In this document: piece by piece, positions 46,257 to 54,905 of the stretch
Position numbering within the stretch: position 1 is the first letter of the stretch
Layout of the letters: every line of letters starts with the position of its first letter
Source of the DNA: Escherichia phage MIZ6
Sequence record: OR192075.1
Length of the DNA stretch: 64,000 nucleotides
Strand: one strand, 5' to 3'
Notes under the pieces: generated by a model
Seen by the model: only the letters and a program-made list of their open reading frames with translations
Database searches by the model: none
What the model was told of the DNA's origin: nothing
Made by a program: the position numbers and the translations under genes

Positions 46257-46782
46257 TTTTGATATGTGATTCTAATTGGATCATACGGTCGCGCGTTTGC
46301 TTATATTCTCGGATAGCACCGATCCGGCTAGGCATACCATCCAGTACGCTCTTAATCCCTTCTAGGGTAGTGATTTTAGCAATACTATTATGCAATCCCA
46401 TCTTATCGATTAACTGAATGTCGTAGGCTTCCATAAGCAGACCCAGACGTTCTAAAGTTAGGTCTTCTTCTTTTTCTTCCGATTCTGGAATCTTAGGTTC
46501 AATAGTAACTTCGGTAAAGAAACGACGCTCGCCCGACCAAAACCACACACCGGAACAGCCAATAGGGGATTCTTTTAACGTCATAGAGTCGTAACCGCTG
46601 CCGATAATAGTAATTTCTCTAACATCACCATCATCGTCAATGTCTTCTACCCTAAACGGGCGACCAGCCAACAAGTCAACAATACATCTGTTAATAGACG
46701 ACGAAAATTTAGTCAGTTCGGCTTTCGACGCTTCGCATTCAATCTTGTAAGTTTTACCAACTTCCCATTCCATAATAATCAC
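46246..46782 (-). CDS. Family-A paralog
   Basis: MEWEVGKTYKI...RRFFTEV; C-terminal LEGIKSVLDGMP module. Confidence 0.5.
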   Translation of the reverse strand: MIIMEWEVGKTYKIECEASKAELTKFSSSINRCIVDLLAGRPFRVEDIDDDGDVREITIIGSGYDSMTLKESPIGCSGVWFWSGERRFFTEVTIEPKIPESEEKEEDLTLERLGLLMEAYDIQLIDKMGLHNSIAKITTLEGIKSVLDGMPSRIGAIREYKQTRDRMIQLESHIKNER

Positions 46783-46783
46783 C

Positions 46784-47287
46784 TCAAATAATTTTCACTG
46801 GAATACTATTAACAATCTTGTATTGTACTTGATTGTCAGACCCCCGCCACGGCTTCTTCGTTGGCATATCTTTAATATAACGACCATCGATGAACATGTC
46901 AACTGATTCTACAATTTTTCTTTGCTCATCATTCAATTGGTCAAGGGTATAACCAGACCATAGCCAAATATCTTTATTTGGCATCCATGATTTTACTTCA
47001 TCGATGATCCGCTGTACACCCTTTAAATTGCGTTTATACAGTGGATCGCCACCTAAGAATGTTAGCCCCTGAATAAAATCAGGTCTAAGCAGATCCAGAA
47101 TCAATCCCATTGTATCATCGGTGAATGGTTCCCCGTTCTTAGGATTGAGTATACTGGAATTAAAGCAACCATCACATGCGTGTGAACATCCGGTAACGTA
47201 AAGGGAGACTCTCACTCCCTCACCGTTAACCATATCACAATCTTTAATATCGGCATAGCGTAGTTTGCCGTATGTATCAGAACTCAT
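46784..47287 (-). CDS. nrdG: Anaerobic ribonucleotide reductase activating protein (radical SAM)
   Basis: CSHACDGC radical-SAM cluster motif, similarity to T4 NrdG (DIWLW.GY, PTKK.WRGSDNQ); track TTG start replaced by ATG. Confidence 0.85.
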   Translation of the reverse strand: MSSDTYGKLRYADIKDCDMVNGEGVRVSLYVTGCSHACDGCFNSSILNPKNGEPFTDDTMGLILDLLRPDFIQGLTFLGGDPLYKRNLKGVQRIIDEVKSWMPNKDIWLWSGYTLDQLNDEQRKIVESVDMFIDGRYIKDMPTKKPWRGSDNQVQYKIVNSIPVKII

Positions 47288-47429
47288 ATTCAATTACCCC
47301 GAACTCGTTTACAATCTGCGCTTTATAGTAACCACCGCGAGATGCTAATAGATAAGCTGGGCTTAGGTATTCGTATTCACGGATTTCTACTTGTGCGTTT
47401 TCAGTTTCCCAAATCAGTAAAGTCCACAT
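47277..47429 (-). CDS. Hypothetical small protein (~50 aa)
   Basis: Start moved to ATG (MWTLLIW) with SD AGGAGA; promoter upstream. Confidence 0.3.
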   Translation of the reverse strand: MWTLLIWETENAQVEIREYEYLSPAYLLASRGGYYKAQIVNEFGVIEYEF

Positions 47430-47471
47430 ATTTGATTCTCCTGTAAAGTTGTATCTCGTCTTGATGAATAT

Positions 47472-47500
47472 AGTATAGGGGATCTCGCGATCCCCGTCAA
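47472..47500 (-). promoter_or_regulatory. sigma70-like promoter (TTGACG-17-TATACT) with GGGGATC..GATCCCC palindrome (two GATC) filling the spacer
   Basis: Minus-strand reading of cgtcaa (47495-47500) and agtata (47472-47477). Confidence 0.35.
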
Positions 47501-47504
47501 GCAT

Positions 47505-48053
47505 TTATTTTAAATTTTTTCGAATGTATTCAGACCATTCCTTCCCTGTCATTTCGGACCCGTTCTGGAAACTGAAATATTCATACGGCATCGAGTCAAG
47601 ATAAAACAGGATCATACATCGCGCCATATAATACCAATCACGATTAAAGTAAACTACGTTATCACCAGTACCATCAACCCCTTTATCATAACCATCGCGG
47701 GTACGGGCGACCCATTGAATAGTATCATTTTTCTCGCGGATCGTAACAGGTTCCCAATATCCAGCACATCCAGCATGACCACACGAACAAGTCAGGAAAT
47801 ATTGACCTTTTGCTTTGTTGTCATCCCATTCACGATGGATTGGTTCGATCTCGTGAAACAGTGCTAAGCAATCATGATTATGCAACACTGGCTTACCATC
47901 AATCAATGCATGGAATGTATACAAACGACCAGTAGACAAATAGCTATCCTCACGCTCAACCAGTTCAATAGCAATCTTTTTAGCTCGTTCTTTGTGTCGT
48001 TGTGCTTTACGCTTACGGTTTAATGATTTCATATTCACCTCACACATTATCAA
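47505..48053 (-). CDS. Hypothetical Cys-containing protein (182 aa)
   Basis: Track ORF; CSCGHAGCAGYW motif. Confidence 0.45.
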   Translation of the reverse strand: MIMCEVNMKSLNRKRKAQRHKERAKKIAIELVEREDSYLSTGRLYTFHALIDGKPVLHNHDCLALFHEIEPIHREWDDNKAKGQYFLTCSCGHAGCAGYWEPVTIREKNDTIQWVARTRDGYDKGVDGTGDNVVYFNRDWYYMARCMILFYLDSMPYEYFSFQNGSEMTGKEWSEYIRKNLK

Positions 48054-48460
48054 AGGTCGCGATATAGTACATTATGAAAATGAGAACTTGCATTACCAAT
48101 ATTGTAGATAATAAATTCTTCATCCGGCGCTTGCGCTACAAATTGAGTATGAGCAACCGCCACAACCTTAAAAATACGATCCGTGATCTTGTGTTTAATT
48201 TCTGCTCCTACTTCCATAGGAACATATTCATGTGTTTCTGTTTCAGTCGCAAAACAGCCATCTTCTTCATAAGCACGAACAAATCGATCGCAATCAGTAC
48301 GCTTAACAAATTCAAGAGTATATAATTCTCGTGAATTGTCGGTATAGACCAACACAGAATTATTCTGATAGCGAATCACATACAGGTTATTATCATCGTC
48401 AATTACGCAAAAGCTACGGATTTGTGTTCCTTCGCCTTTACTCCAGCAGATATTAACCAC
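48050..48460 (-). CDS. Hypothetical protein (start uncertain)
   Basis: Track ORF begins with GTG and overlaps the upstream gene by ~58 nt. Confidence 0.35.
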   Translation of the reverse strand: MVNICWSKGEGTQIRSFCVIDDDNNLYVIRYQNNSVLVYTDNSRELYTLEFVKRTDCDRFVRAYEEDGCFATETETHEYVPMEVGAEIKHKITDRIFKVVAVAHTQFVAQAPDEEFIIYNIGNASSHFHNVLYRDL

Positions 48461-48594
48461 CGTTCCTCTAATAAAAAACTTTCCTTTAAATTAAAACTAG
48501 ACAATGTGCTAGCGTGCATTTTCACAACAACACCATCGCCAATTTCCAGTTTACGAAGTTTAACTTCTTTGCTCAGTACACAAAACATCATCAT
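48403..48594 (-). CDS. Hypothetical protein (63 aa)
   Basis: ATG with SD GAGGA and promoter upstream. Confidence 0.4.
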   Translation of the reverse strand: MMMFCVLSKEVKLRKLEIGDGVVVKMHASTLSSFNLKESFLLEERWLISAGVKAKEHKSVAFA

Positions 48595-48623
48595 GTTGTC
48601 CTCTCGTTGTTTTCGATGTGAGC

Positions 48624-48651
48624 ATTATACATTAGCTAATCATGTTGTCAA
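48624..48651 (-). promoter_or_regulatory. sigma70-like promoter (TTGACA-16-TATAAT)
   Basis: Minus-strand reading of tgtcaa (48646-48651) and attata (48624-48629). Confidence 0.4.
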
Positions 48652-48660
48652 CACCCCAAA

Positions 48661-48689
48661 ACGAAAAAGCCGACCCTTTCGGATCGGCT
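48661..48689 (-). terminator. Intrinsic terminator after nrdD
   Basis: Hairpin agccgaccctttcggatcggct with flanking A/T runs. Confidence 0.5.
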
Positions 48690-48694
48690 GAAAA

Positions 48695-50557
48695 TTACAT
48701 GTGCTTAACGCGGTTTACCATCTCGGAGTGTTTCCCGTGGTTGAATGGACGCAGATCAACAGATCCAAGATATCCACTAACGCGACGGATAACATTCATC
48801 TTTTCCAGATTGTCATTGCCGCAATCAGGGCAAACAAAACCAGACTCGGTCGCTCTCATTTCCTTAGTAGATCCGCATACATGACATACATCAGAAGGAG
48901 TATTAACACCGAAGTAGTGCAATTTATCCATTGCATAGTCTACTACAGTTTCAAGACCTTTCAGGTTGTTTTTCATGTCTGGGAACTCAACATAAGAGAT
49001 CATGCCCCCGGACGCCAGCCAGTGATAATCTTTCTCAAAGTCGATTTTCTCAAATGGAGTGACTTTCCGGTCTACGTCAAGGTGGAATGAGTTGGTGTAC
49101 CAGTCTTTATCGGTAGCACCCTTAACAATACCAAATTGCTCTCGGTCCAGTCGATTAAATCGATAGCAAAGGCTCTCGGCTGGCGTACCGTAAAGACTAA
49201 ACCCAAGTCCAGTTTCGTCCTTCCATTTTTCAGTATAATGACGCAAGATCTTAAGAATATGTTTACCGTATCGCTGCGCAACTTCCGAATCAAACGGATG
49301 AACACCAAACAGGACGCTCAATACCTCATGTAAACCAATATATCCAAGAGAGATACTAGCGCGACCATCTTTCAGAACTTCCAAAATTTCATCGTTTTGA
49401 TGAATACGGAAAAATGCACCTTCGGTATACAGTACAGGAGCAACATTGGCTTTAGCCCCTTTTAAAGCGTCTACGCGACTCATGAGCGCATCAAAGCAAA
49501 TAGGCATACGATTAGCTAGCTCTTGTTCGAATAGCTCAATTCTGCGCATTACAGACTCTTTACCAGCACGACGAGCGGCAATAAGGGCAATACGCGGAAG
49601 ATTCAGAGTCACAACACCTAAGTTATTACGTCCGTCTAATACTTCCTCGCCTTTCTCATTATGCCACACACCCAGGAAGCTACGACAACCCATCGGGCTA
49701 ACCGGAACACTAGATCCGGTGATACTACGGTTATTCTTTGCAGAGATATAATCAGGGTAAAGACGCTTACTAGAACATTCCAATGCAAGTTGCTTAATGT
49801 CGTAGTTCGGATCTTCCGGTTTAAGGTTTAATCCTTCTTCTAAGAACATCACCAGCTTAGGAAACACCGGAGTGATACCATCTTTACCTAAACCTTTAGT
49901 TCGAACTTTCAGGATCGCTTTCTGAATCAGTTTTTCTTCCCAGCTAGTACCCATACCAAATGTTAAAGTCACAAAAGGTGTTTGACCGTTGGTGGAGAAC
50001 AAAGTGTTGATTTCATATTCCAACGCTTGATACCCGTCTAGCGTTTCTTTTTCTGTCTTCTCTTGTGCATAGAGAGTATCAGCTTTGATTCCGTAGGTTT
50101 CGGCATCAGCAAGGTGTTTATAATATGTTTTCTCAACGTATGGAGCTAACACCTGATCGATGTTTGCAATTGTGGTCCCGCCATATTGATGACTTGCCAC
50201 CTGTGCGATAATTTGAGCGGTTACAGCACAAGCAACACCGATCGATTTAGGACTTTCGATTTGTGCGCTACCCAATTTAAAACCATTCTCTAGCATGTCT
50301 TTTAGATTAACAAGACAGCAGTTAGTAAACGGCATAGCGGGTGCATAATCCATATCATGATAATGAATATCACCGTCTACATGCGCTTTATAGATGTGCT
50401 CAGGTAACACGGTTTTAGCAATCTGTTTAGACACAGCGCCAGCAATCAGATCTCGACGTGTCGGGAATGTTCGCGCGTCTTTGTTCGCGTTCTCTTTGCT
50501 TACTTCGTTTTCTTTACCCGTTGCGATCTCTGTAATGTCTTTGATTAGTTTTTCCAT
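48695..50557 (-). CDS. nrdD: Anaerobic ribonucleoside-triphosphate reductase (class III, glycyl radical)
   Basis: 620 aa; strong similarity to T4 NrdD; C-terminal zinc site CHVCG..CPDCG and glycyl-radical motif RRVSGYLG; uninterrupted (no intron). Confidence 0.9.
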   Translation of the reverse strand: MEKLIKDITEIATGKENEVSKENANKDARTFPTRRDLIAGAVSKQIAKTVLPEHIYKAHVDGDIHYHDMDYAPAMPFTNCCLVNLKDMLENGFKLGSAQIESPKSIGVACAVTAQIIAQVASHQYGGTTIANIDQVLAPYVEKTYYKHLADAETYGIKADTLYAQEKTEKETLDGYQALEYEINTLFSTNGQTPFVTLTFGMGTSWEEKLIQKAILKVRTKGLGKDGITPVFPKLVMFLEEGLNLKPEDPNYDIKQLALECSSKRLYPDYISAKNNRSITGSSVPVSPMGCRSFLGVWHNEKGEEVLDGRNNLGVVTLNLPRIALIAARRAGKESVMRRIELFEQELANRMPICFDALMSRVDALKGAKANVAPVLYTEGAFFRIHQNDEILEVLKDGRASISLGYIGLHEVLSVLFGVHPFDSEVAQRYGKHILKILRHYTEKWKDETGLGFSLYGTPAESLCYRFNRLDREQFGIVKGATDKDWYTNSFHLDVDRKVTPFEKIDFEKDYHWLASGGMISYVEFPDMKNNLKGLETVVDYAMDKLHYFGVNTPSDVCHVCGSTKEMRATESGFVCPDCGNDNLEKMNVIRRVSGYLGSVDLRPFNHGKHSEMVNRVKHM

Positions 50558-50602
50558 TGTATCACCTATGAAAAAGCGGGATTTTCTCCCGCTCGTTGAT
50601 AG

Positions 50603-51097
50603 TTATTTTACCAGTTCTGCTAATTCTTTTTCTTTAGCTTCCAGTTCAGCCTTAAGCTGTTTAATCTCTTGTCGCTTCTTATTAGCGGCTTCTTGCTTAC
50701 TATTTCGGATAACCTGATCTAGATACAACTCCCAATCCTGAATATTTTTGATAATATAACCGTCAACATTAATTGGTCGGATATTTAGTACAGCTTCCAG
50801 TTTAGTCGCAAAAACTTTAATTGCTGGGGTGAAGTATTCATATTCGTTATCTTCAAACCAATAACCTAGACTTGCATTATCAATACGAAGACGAAGTTCA
50901 AGATCAAGGTCTTTATCTTCGGTGTAAAGATCTTTCACCTGACCCAGCGAACTAACAACAACTTTAAAACGAATTTTATCTACACCACCAAACACATCAG
51001 TAAGTATACCAGCAATTGAGCTATTAGCGCAAGATTGGTCGCTGAATGCGTCAAGGTTTTCTTTAGTTACAGTATACCAAACATCTTGTACCCACAT
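50603..51097 (-). CDS. Family-A related protein (shares FATKL module and coiled-coil tail)
   Basis: KVFATKLEAV segment matches family-A gene 44441..44917 C-terminal module; KQLKAELEAKEKELAELVK tail. Confidence 0.45.
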   Translation of the reverse strand: MWVQDVWYTVTKENLDAFSDQSCANSSIAGILTDVFGGVDKIRFKVVVSSLGQVKDLYTEDKDLDLELRLRIDNASLGYWFEDNEYEYFTPAIKVFATKLEAVLNIRPINVDGYIIKNIQDWELYLDQVIRNSKQEAANKKRQEIKQLKAELEAKEKELAELVK

Positions 51098-51118
51098 AAT
51101 ATAATCCTCTCGTTGTTA

Positions 51119-51146
51119 AGTGGGAGTATTATAGCATACTCCCTTC
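51119..51146 (-). promoter_or_regulatory. sigma70-like promoter (TTGACA-16-TATAAT) inside GGGAGTA-N8-TACTCCC palindrome
   Basis: Palindrome 51113-51134 overlaps -10. Confidence 0.4.
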
Positions 51147-51151
51147 GCATG

Positions 51152-52330
51152 TCAAGCACTAACTTTTTTCTTTATTGCTTTCACCTTCTGGCGAATTGCT
51201 CGAATCTCTTCGATCTCTTTTTCAGTATCTTTAACAATTTCTTTGCGATTCTGAATATCTTTATCGAGATTATCATCAAGTTTAGGCAGCATGTCAATCA
51301 AGAACTTTTTAAGGTCTTTCAGGTTGCGAATAACAGTACCTTCACCCATTACCGCCACGCCTACACCATCCGGCAGATCACCAAACAGCTTAACCAGTTC
51401 AGACAGATGATCATGATCTTCTAGTGCTTCTTCTGATTCAGATGGCAGTTCAACAAAGTTATAACGTTCATCATTGCTGATCAGGTGATACCAGCAAAGC
51501 CCAAAAGATTTAGGAGTATATTCTACACCACCAACTTCAACTGCGTCAACACTTCCGAAAGAATCTACTTTAGTTACCTTAAATCCATGTTCCAGCGTTT
51601 TAATAATTTCAATAACATGACTGGATACGGTTTCAGTATTAAACCAATGAGGCAAATTATGTGGATTTGGCTTGTATCGTTCGCCTACTTTAAATCTCTG
51701 ACCACGCTCTTGCATACGGACATATTCAACTCGCGTGATTTCCGCGAAGTATTCAAATTCGCTACCGTCAAACAAGCAATTCCATTGATCACAAAAACGA
51801 TCCGCCTTGACGGTTTCACCTTTCGCGGTGATCATGGTAGCTGATCCGTGCAATTCTTCTTCAACCAAAAAGCCATATTCGACAAAATCAACAAGTTTCA
51901 TGGCTTCTTTGTGCTCTGGGTCATGCTCTCCCCAGAATCGCTTAAATTCTTGCAAACCTTCTGGTGTAAACGAATAACATTTACCTTTTTCAAAGTAAGT
52001 CGGCATTGCATCCTCTTTCTTGTTCATCGCTTCGTATGCCTCTTTTGAGATGCGTTTAAAGTATTTACGCTCATCGTGCATAATCATAGTAGCCCAATAA
52101 TAAACGATATCCTCAGCGGAATAAACTACATCTCCAGCTTCAATAGTAATAACATGACCGTTGTCATCTTTTTCTAATACTTTAAAGCCCTTTTCGACGA
52201 TTTCAGCAACCCGAATATGACCACGGCGCGAAGCATCGGTCAGAATAATTGAATAGCGAGAAAAGTCTAGAAACTCATCTTTACCACCTTCACGGAATGC
52301 ATAGTAATGACCTTCAAAGAATTTAGCCAT
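51152..52330 (-). CDS. Family-A paralog with about four tandem domain copies
   Basis: 392 aa; repeated ...F.V.....G.....IE.G.V.Y......YF..I blocks incl. ERKYFKRI; helical C-terminus. Confidence 0.5.
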   Translation of the reverse strand: MAKFFEGHYYAFREGGKDEFLDFSRYSIILTDASRRGHIRVAEIVEKGFKVLEKDDNGHVITIEAGDVVYSAEDIVYYWATMIMHDERKYFKRISKEAYEAMNKKEDAMPTYFEKGKCYSFTPEGLQEFKRFWGEHDPEHKEAMKLVDFVEYGFLVEEELHGSATMITAKGETVKADRFCDQWNCLFDGSEFEYFAEITRVEYVRMQERGQRFKVGERYKPNPHNLPHWFNTETVSSHVIEIIKTLEHGFKVTKVDSFGSVDAVEVGGVEYTPKSFGLCWYHLISNDERYNFVELPSESEEALEDHDHLSELVKLFGDLPDGVGVAVMGEGTVIRNLKDLKKFLIDMLPKLDDNLDKDIQNRKEIVKDTEKEIEEIRAIRQKVKAIKKKVSA

Positions 52331-52361
52331 AATATAATCCTCTAGTTGTTTAAATGGGAGT

Positions 52362-52390
52362 ATCTTACTACTCCCGTTTCATCATGTCAA
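52362..52390 (-). promoter_or_regulatory. sigma70-like promoter (TTGACA-17-TAAGAT) inside GGGAGTATCTTACTACTCCC palindrome
   Basis: 20-bp palindrome identical to the one at 8069-8088. Confidence 0.4.
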
Positions 52391-52393
52391 GCG

Positions 52394-52954
52394 TTAAAGT
52401 GACTTTTGGATCTCTTTCAGTTCAGCTACTTTATCGGCGCTGAATTTAGCGTAGGTATCATGTCGAATAATTTCACTTTCAAGAAAGGTTTCCAGCCGAG
52501 ATCTATTTTCAATAAGGAACTCTTTCAGGTCTTCCGCGTTCTTGATAAAGATTTTATTGTCAGTAATGTCATCTTCAATCGCAAAGGAGATAGAGCGAAC
52601 TTTACCAAACAAGTTAATCAGATCTTCCAGCGATTCTTCTTTCTTAACTGGTTTCATTTCTTCAAACTGCTTTTTAGTGATGCGTTTAAAGTATTTGCGC
52701 TCGTTTGCAGCAATCAGAACAGATGCACCTTCATACCCATGAGTTTCTACCAGATACACACGCCCCATCGCATCAACAGTGAGAACTTTAAAGCCGTTAC
52801 AAAGCACGTCATACAAGAACTTATTATGTTGCGGACATCGTTTGATAAATTCTGCGGCTGTTTCTGCACTACGGAAAGTATAGTAACGACCTCGTTCAAA
52901 AACAGCATCATTTGAAGACTTAGCCGGATACAATTTATACGTTTTCTGTACCAT
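52394..52954 (-). CDS. Family-A paralog
   Basis: YKLYPAKSS...ERKYFKRI; start moved to ATG (MVQKTYK) after GAGGATTATATT. Confidence 0.5.
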   Translation of the reverse strand: MVQKTYKLYPAKSSNDAVFERGRYYTFRSAETAAEFIKRCPQHNKFLYDVLCNGFKVLTVDAMGRVYLVETHGYEGASVLIAANERKYFKRITKKQFEEMKPVKKEESLEDLINLFGKVRSISFAIEDDITDNKIFIKNAEDLKEFLIENRSRLETFLESEIIRHDTYAKFSADKVAELKEIQKSL

Positions 52955-52968
52955 AATATAATCCTCTA

Positions 52969-53241
52969 TCATTTCACTAATTGAACAGCACGAAACAGAA
53001 TGCGGTCACACGGAAGAAGCATAAATTCCCAACGCGGATCAAAGTCTTTAGCGGTATATGTTTTCCCATCAACCGAGATTTCACTTACATAACCAATAGG
53101 TGACACTTTAAGAACAGTAAACCCATTCTTGATGACTTCGTAGGTATCTTTCAATCCTTCGTAGTCATCCTCTAGGAAGTCTTTACGTGCTTGCTCAGAT
53201 TTAAAAACATAGGCAACACCGGATTTAAACATCTTACGCAT
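52969..53241 (-). CDS. Family-A paralog, single domain (~90 aa)
   Basis: YVFKSEQARKDF...SVDGKTYT...ILFRAV; start moved to ATG (MRKMFKSG) with SD AAGGAG. Confidence 0.5.
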   Translation of the reverse strand: MRKMFKSGVAYVFKSEQARKDFLEDDYEGLKDTYEVIKNGFTVLKVSPIGYVSEISVDGKTYTAKDFDPRWEFMLLPCDRILFRAVQLVK

Positions 53242-53272
53242 TGTTGATTCTCCTTCTTGATTAGATGGGAGT

Positions 53273-53301
53273 ATTTTACTACTCCCATTTCTTATTGTCA
53301 A
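53273..53301 (-). promoter_or_regulatory. sigma70-like promoter (TTGACA-17-TAAAAT) inside GGGAGTATTTTACTACTCCC palindrome
   Basis: Minus-strand reading of tgtcaa (53296-53301) and atttta (53273-53278). Confidence 0.4.
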
Positions 53302-53304
53302 CTA

Positions 53305-53778
53305 CTATCTTAATCTTTGTATAAATTGTTTCTTATACTTCTTCGTGATCTCTTCTCGTGTATCAGCGTCGCAGTAATCGAAACCTTCTGCGTCCATAAT
53401 AGCAACCATCTCCGCGCGTGTCAAGCGTGAAAATCGTTTTACTTTATCAACAGCATATTGAGGATGTAAATGATTGTTGGTGTAGTCTCCTTTGATGTAA
53501 TTAACATAGTTTGTAGCCCAAACAACGAAATCAGCACCTAAAGCACCAACACCAAACCGTTTAAAGTCTCCGGTCAACGATCCTTCTAGGCGGTTGCAAC
53601 ACGAATGAAGCAATCCCCTTACGCGGCCTTGCCCTTTACCATCTAGATCGTGGTCGTGGTCAAGATGGTTTTTGCTCATATCCTCAAAAAGTGGCAATTG
53701 ACAAAGGGGGCAAATGCCCCCCTGTTTTTCGAATAGTTCTTGTTTGTACTCTTTAGCACTCTTAGCAGTCAGTAACAT
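53305..53778 (-). CDS. 49: Endonuclease VII (Holliday-junction resolvase)
   Basis: 157 aa from ATG, same as T4; CPLCQ...NHLDHDHDL..G.VRGLL motif; SD GGAGGGTG. Confidence 0.8.
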   Translation of the reverse strand: MLLTAKSAKEYKQELFEKQGGICPLCQLPLFEDMSKNHLDHDHDLDGKGQGRVRGLLHSCCNRLEGSLTGDFKRFGVGALGADFVVWATNYVNYIKGDYTNNHLHPQYAVDKVKRFSRLTRAEMVAIMDAEGFDYCDADTREEITKKYKKQFIQRLR

Positions 53779-53802
53779 AAATTCACCCTCCAAAGAAGGT
53801 AT

Positions 53803-54084
53803 TTAACCATTAATCTTGTTTTTGACTACAAAGGATCGGAACTCATCAAAGCCACCGATATAATCACCATCATAGAAAATCTGCGGCATGGTGGCAATAA
53901 CTTCTACCCCTGCGCGATCCTGAATGTCGGCAATGATAGAATCAATCTTTACCGGACGACCGTTTTCGTCCACACCATCATTGACAGGAATATAGATGTA
54001 AGGGATCTTACGCGATTCACAAAGGCGCTTTGCATTCTGGCAATACTTACAGTTGTAACCTTCAAAACCAAAAATTTCTACCAT
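53803..54084 (-). CDS. nrdC: Thioredoxin/glutaredoxin (NrdC-like)
   Basis: CKYCQNAKRL active site close to T4 NrdC CVYCDNAKRLL; C-terminal IGGFDEF; track TTG start replaced by ATG. Confidence 0.7.
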   Translation of the reverse strand: MVEIFGFEGYNCKYCQNAKRLCESRKIPYIYIPVNDGVDENGRPVKIDSIIADIQDRAGVEVIATMPQIFYDGDYIGGFDEFRSFVVKNKING

Positions 54085-54092
54085 GTTGTACC

Positions 54093-54905
54093 TCAATCTA
54101 CGTTAGTTACATAAACTTCTTGTGTATCAGAAGACTTACCACCTGAACGATCTAGGCAATAGGTCTTATTCAACAGGACGCAGTTTAAATCATTCCGCTT
54201 GATAAAGTCAAGAAGATGATCATTTACCTTTCCCTTATGATGTGTGACATTACTGATACCAAACTGAAAACCACGCGCCATAATAGATTCTACCCACTGA
54301 TAGAATTTAATCTCTTCCTCGTCACTCCAGAACTTATTATATTCCGCAGAAGTGATAAGGTACGGCGGGTCCAAATAAACGAAATCACCTGGCAAGATCT
54401 CGATCTCGTCATAACGACCAGACGTAAAACTGATTCGACCGTCTTTGTTTTCTTCCTTAAAATTCAGGACACGCTCTACCGCGTTTTCGTTAAAAGTCCG
54501 GCGACCAAAATTAGCATTAAATTCGCCCTTCCGGTTATGGCGGTTAAGGTTGCTAAAACTGTGCTGAATCAACACAAACAGCGATAGCGGATCTGGATTC
54601 TCGTTATACTTCTTACGGAATGCCATGTAAGCATCTTTATCATCGCGAGACAAACCATTTTCGGCAATAATCCGCTTGATCGTAGAAACCGGATCAGGAC
54701 ACTCGTCAATGGCCTTGTAAGCATCAATTAAGCGGTGATCATAGTCATTAGCCAGAACATCCCCTTCGACGTACAGAGACACGCTCAAACCGCCACAAAA
54801 GGCATCGACAAAGCGGTTATAGTGCTTAGGGAAATATTTACTAACACCGGGCAATAACTTTTCCTTATTGCCCGTATAGGGAATTAAACCTAATGCTTTC
54901 TTCAT
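54093..54905 (-). CDS. dam: DNA adenine methyltransferase (Dam, GATC-specific family)
   Basis: Strong similarity to T4 Dam (YTGNK..LLP, RFVD.FCGGLSVSL, GDFVY.DPPYLIT.A.YNKFWS.). Confidence 0.85.
   Translation of the reverse strand: MKKALGLIPYTGNKEKLLPGVSKYFPKHYNRFVDAFCGGLSVSLYVEGDVLANDYDHRLIDAYKAIDECPDPVSTIKRIIAENGLSRDDKDAYMAFRKKYNENPDPLSLFVLIQHSFSNLNRHNRKGEFNANFGRRTFNENAVERVLNFKEENKDGRISFTSGRYDEIEILPGDFVYLDPPYLITSAEYNKFWSDEEEIKFYQWVESIMARGFQFGISNVTHHKGKVNDHLLDFIKRNDLNCVLLNKTYCLDRSGGKSSDTQEVYVTNVD

Noticed and set aside
48695-50557. Group I intron or intron-encoded endonuclease in nrdD (as in T4) or in gene 43
   Set aside because: Both genes are single uninterrupted ORFs with protein similarity continuous across their length.
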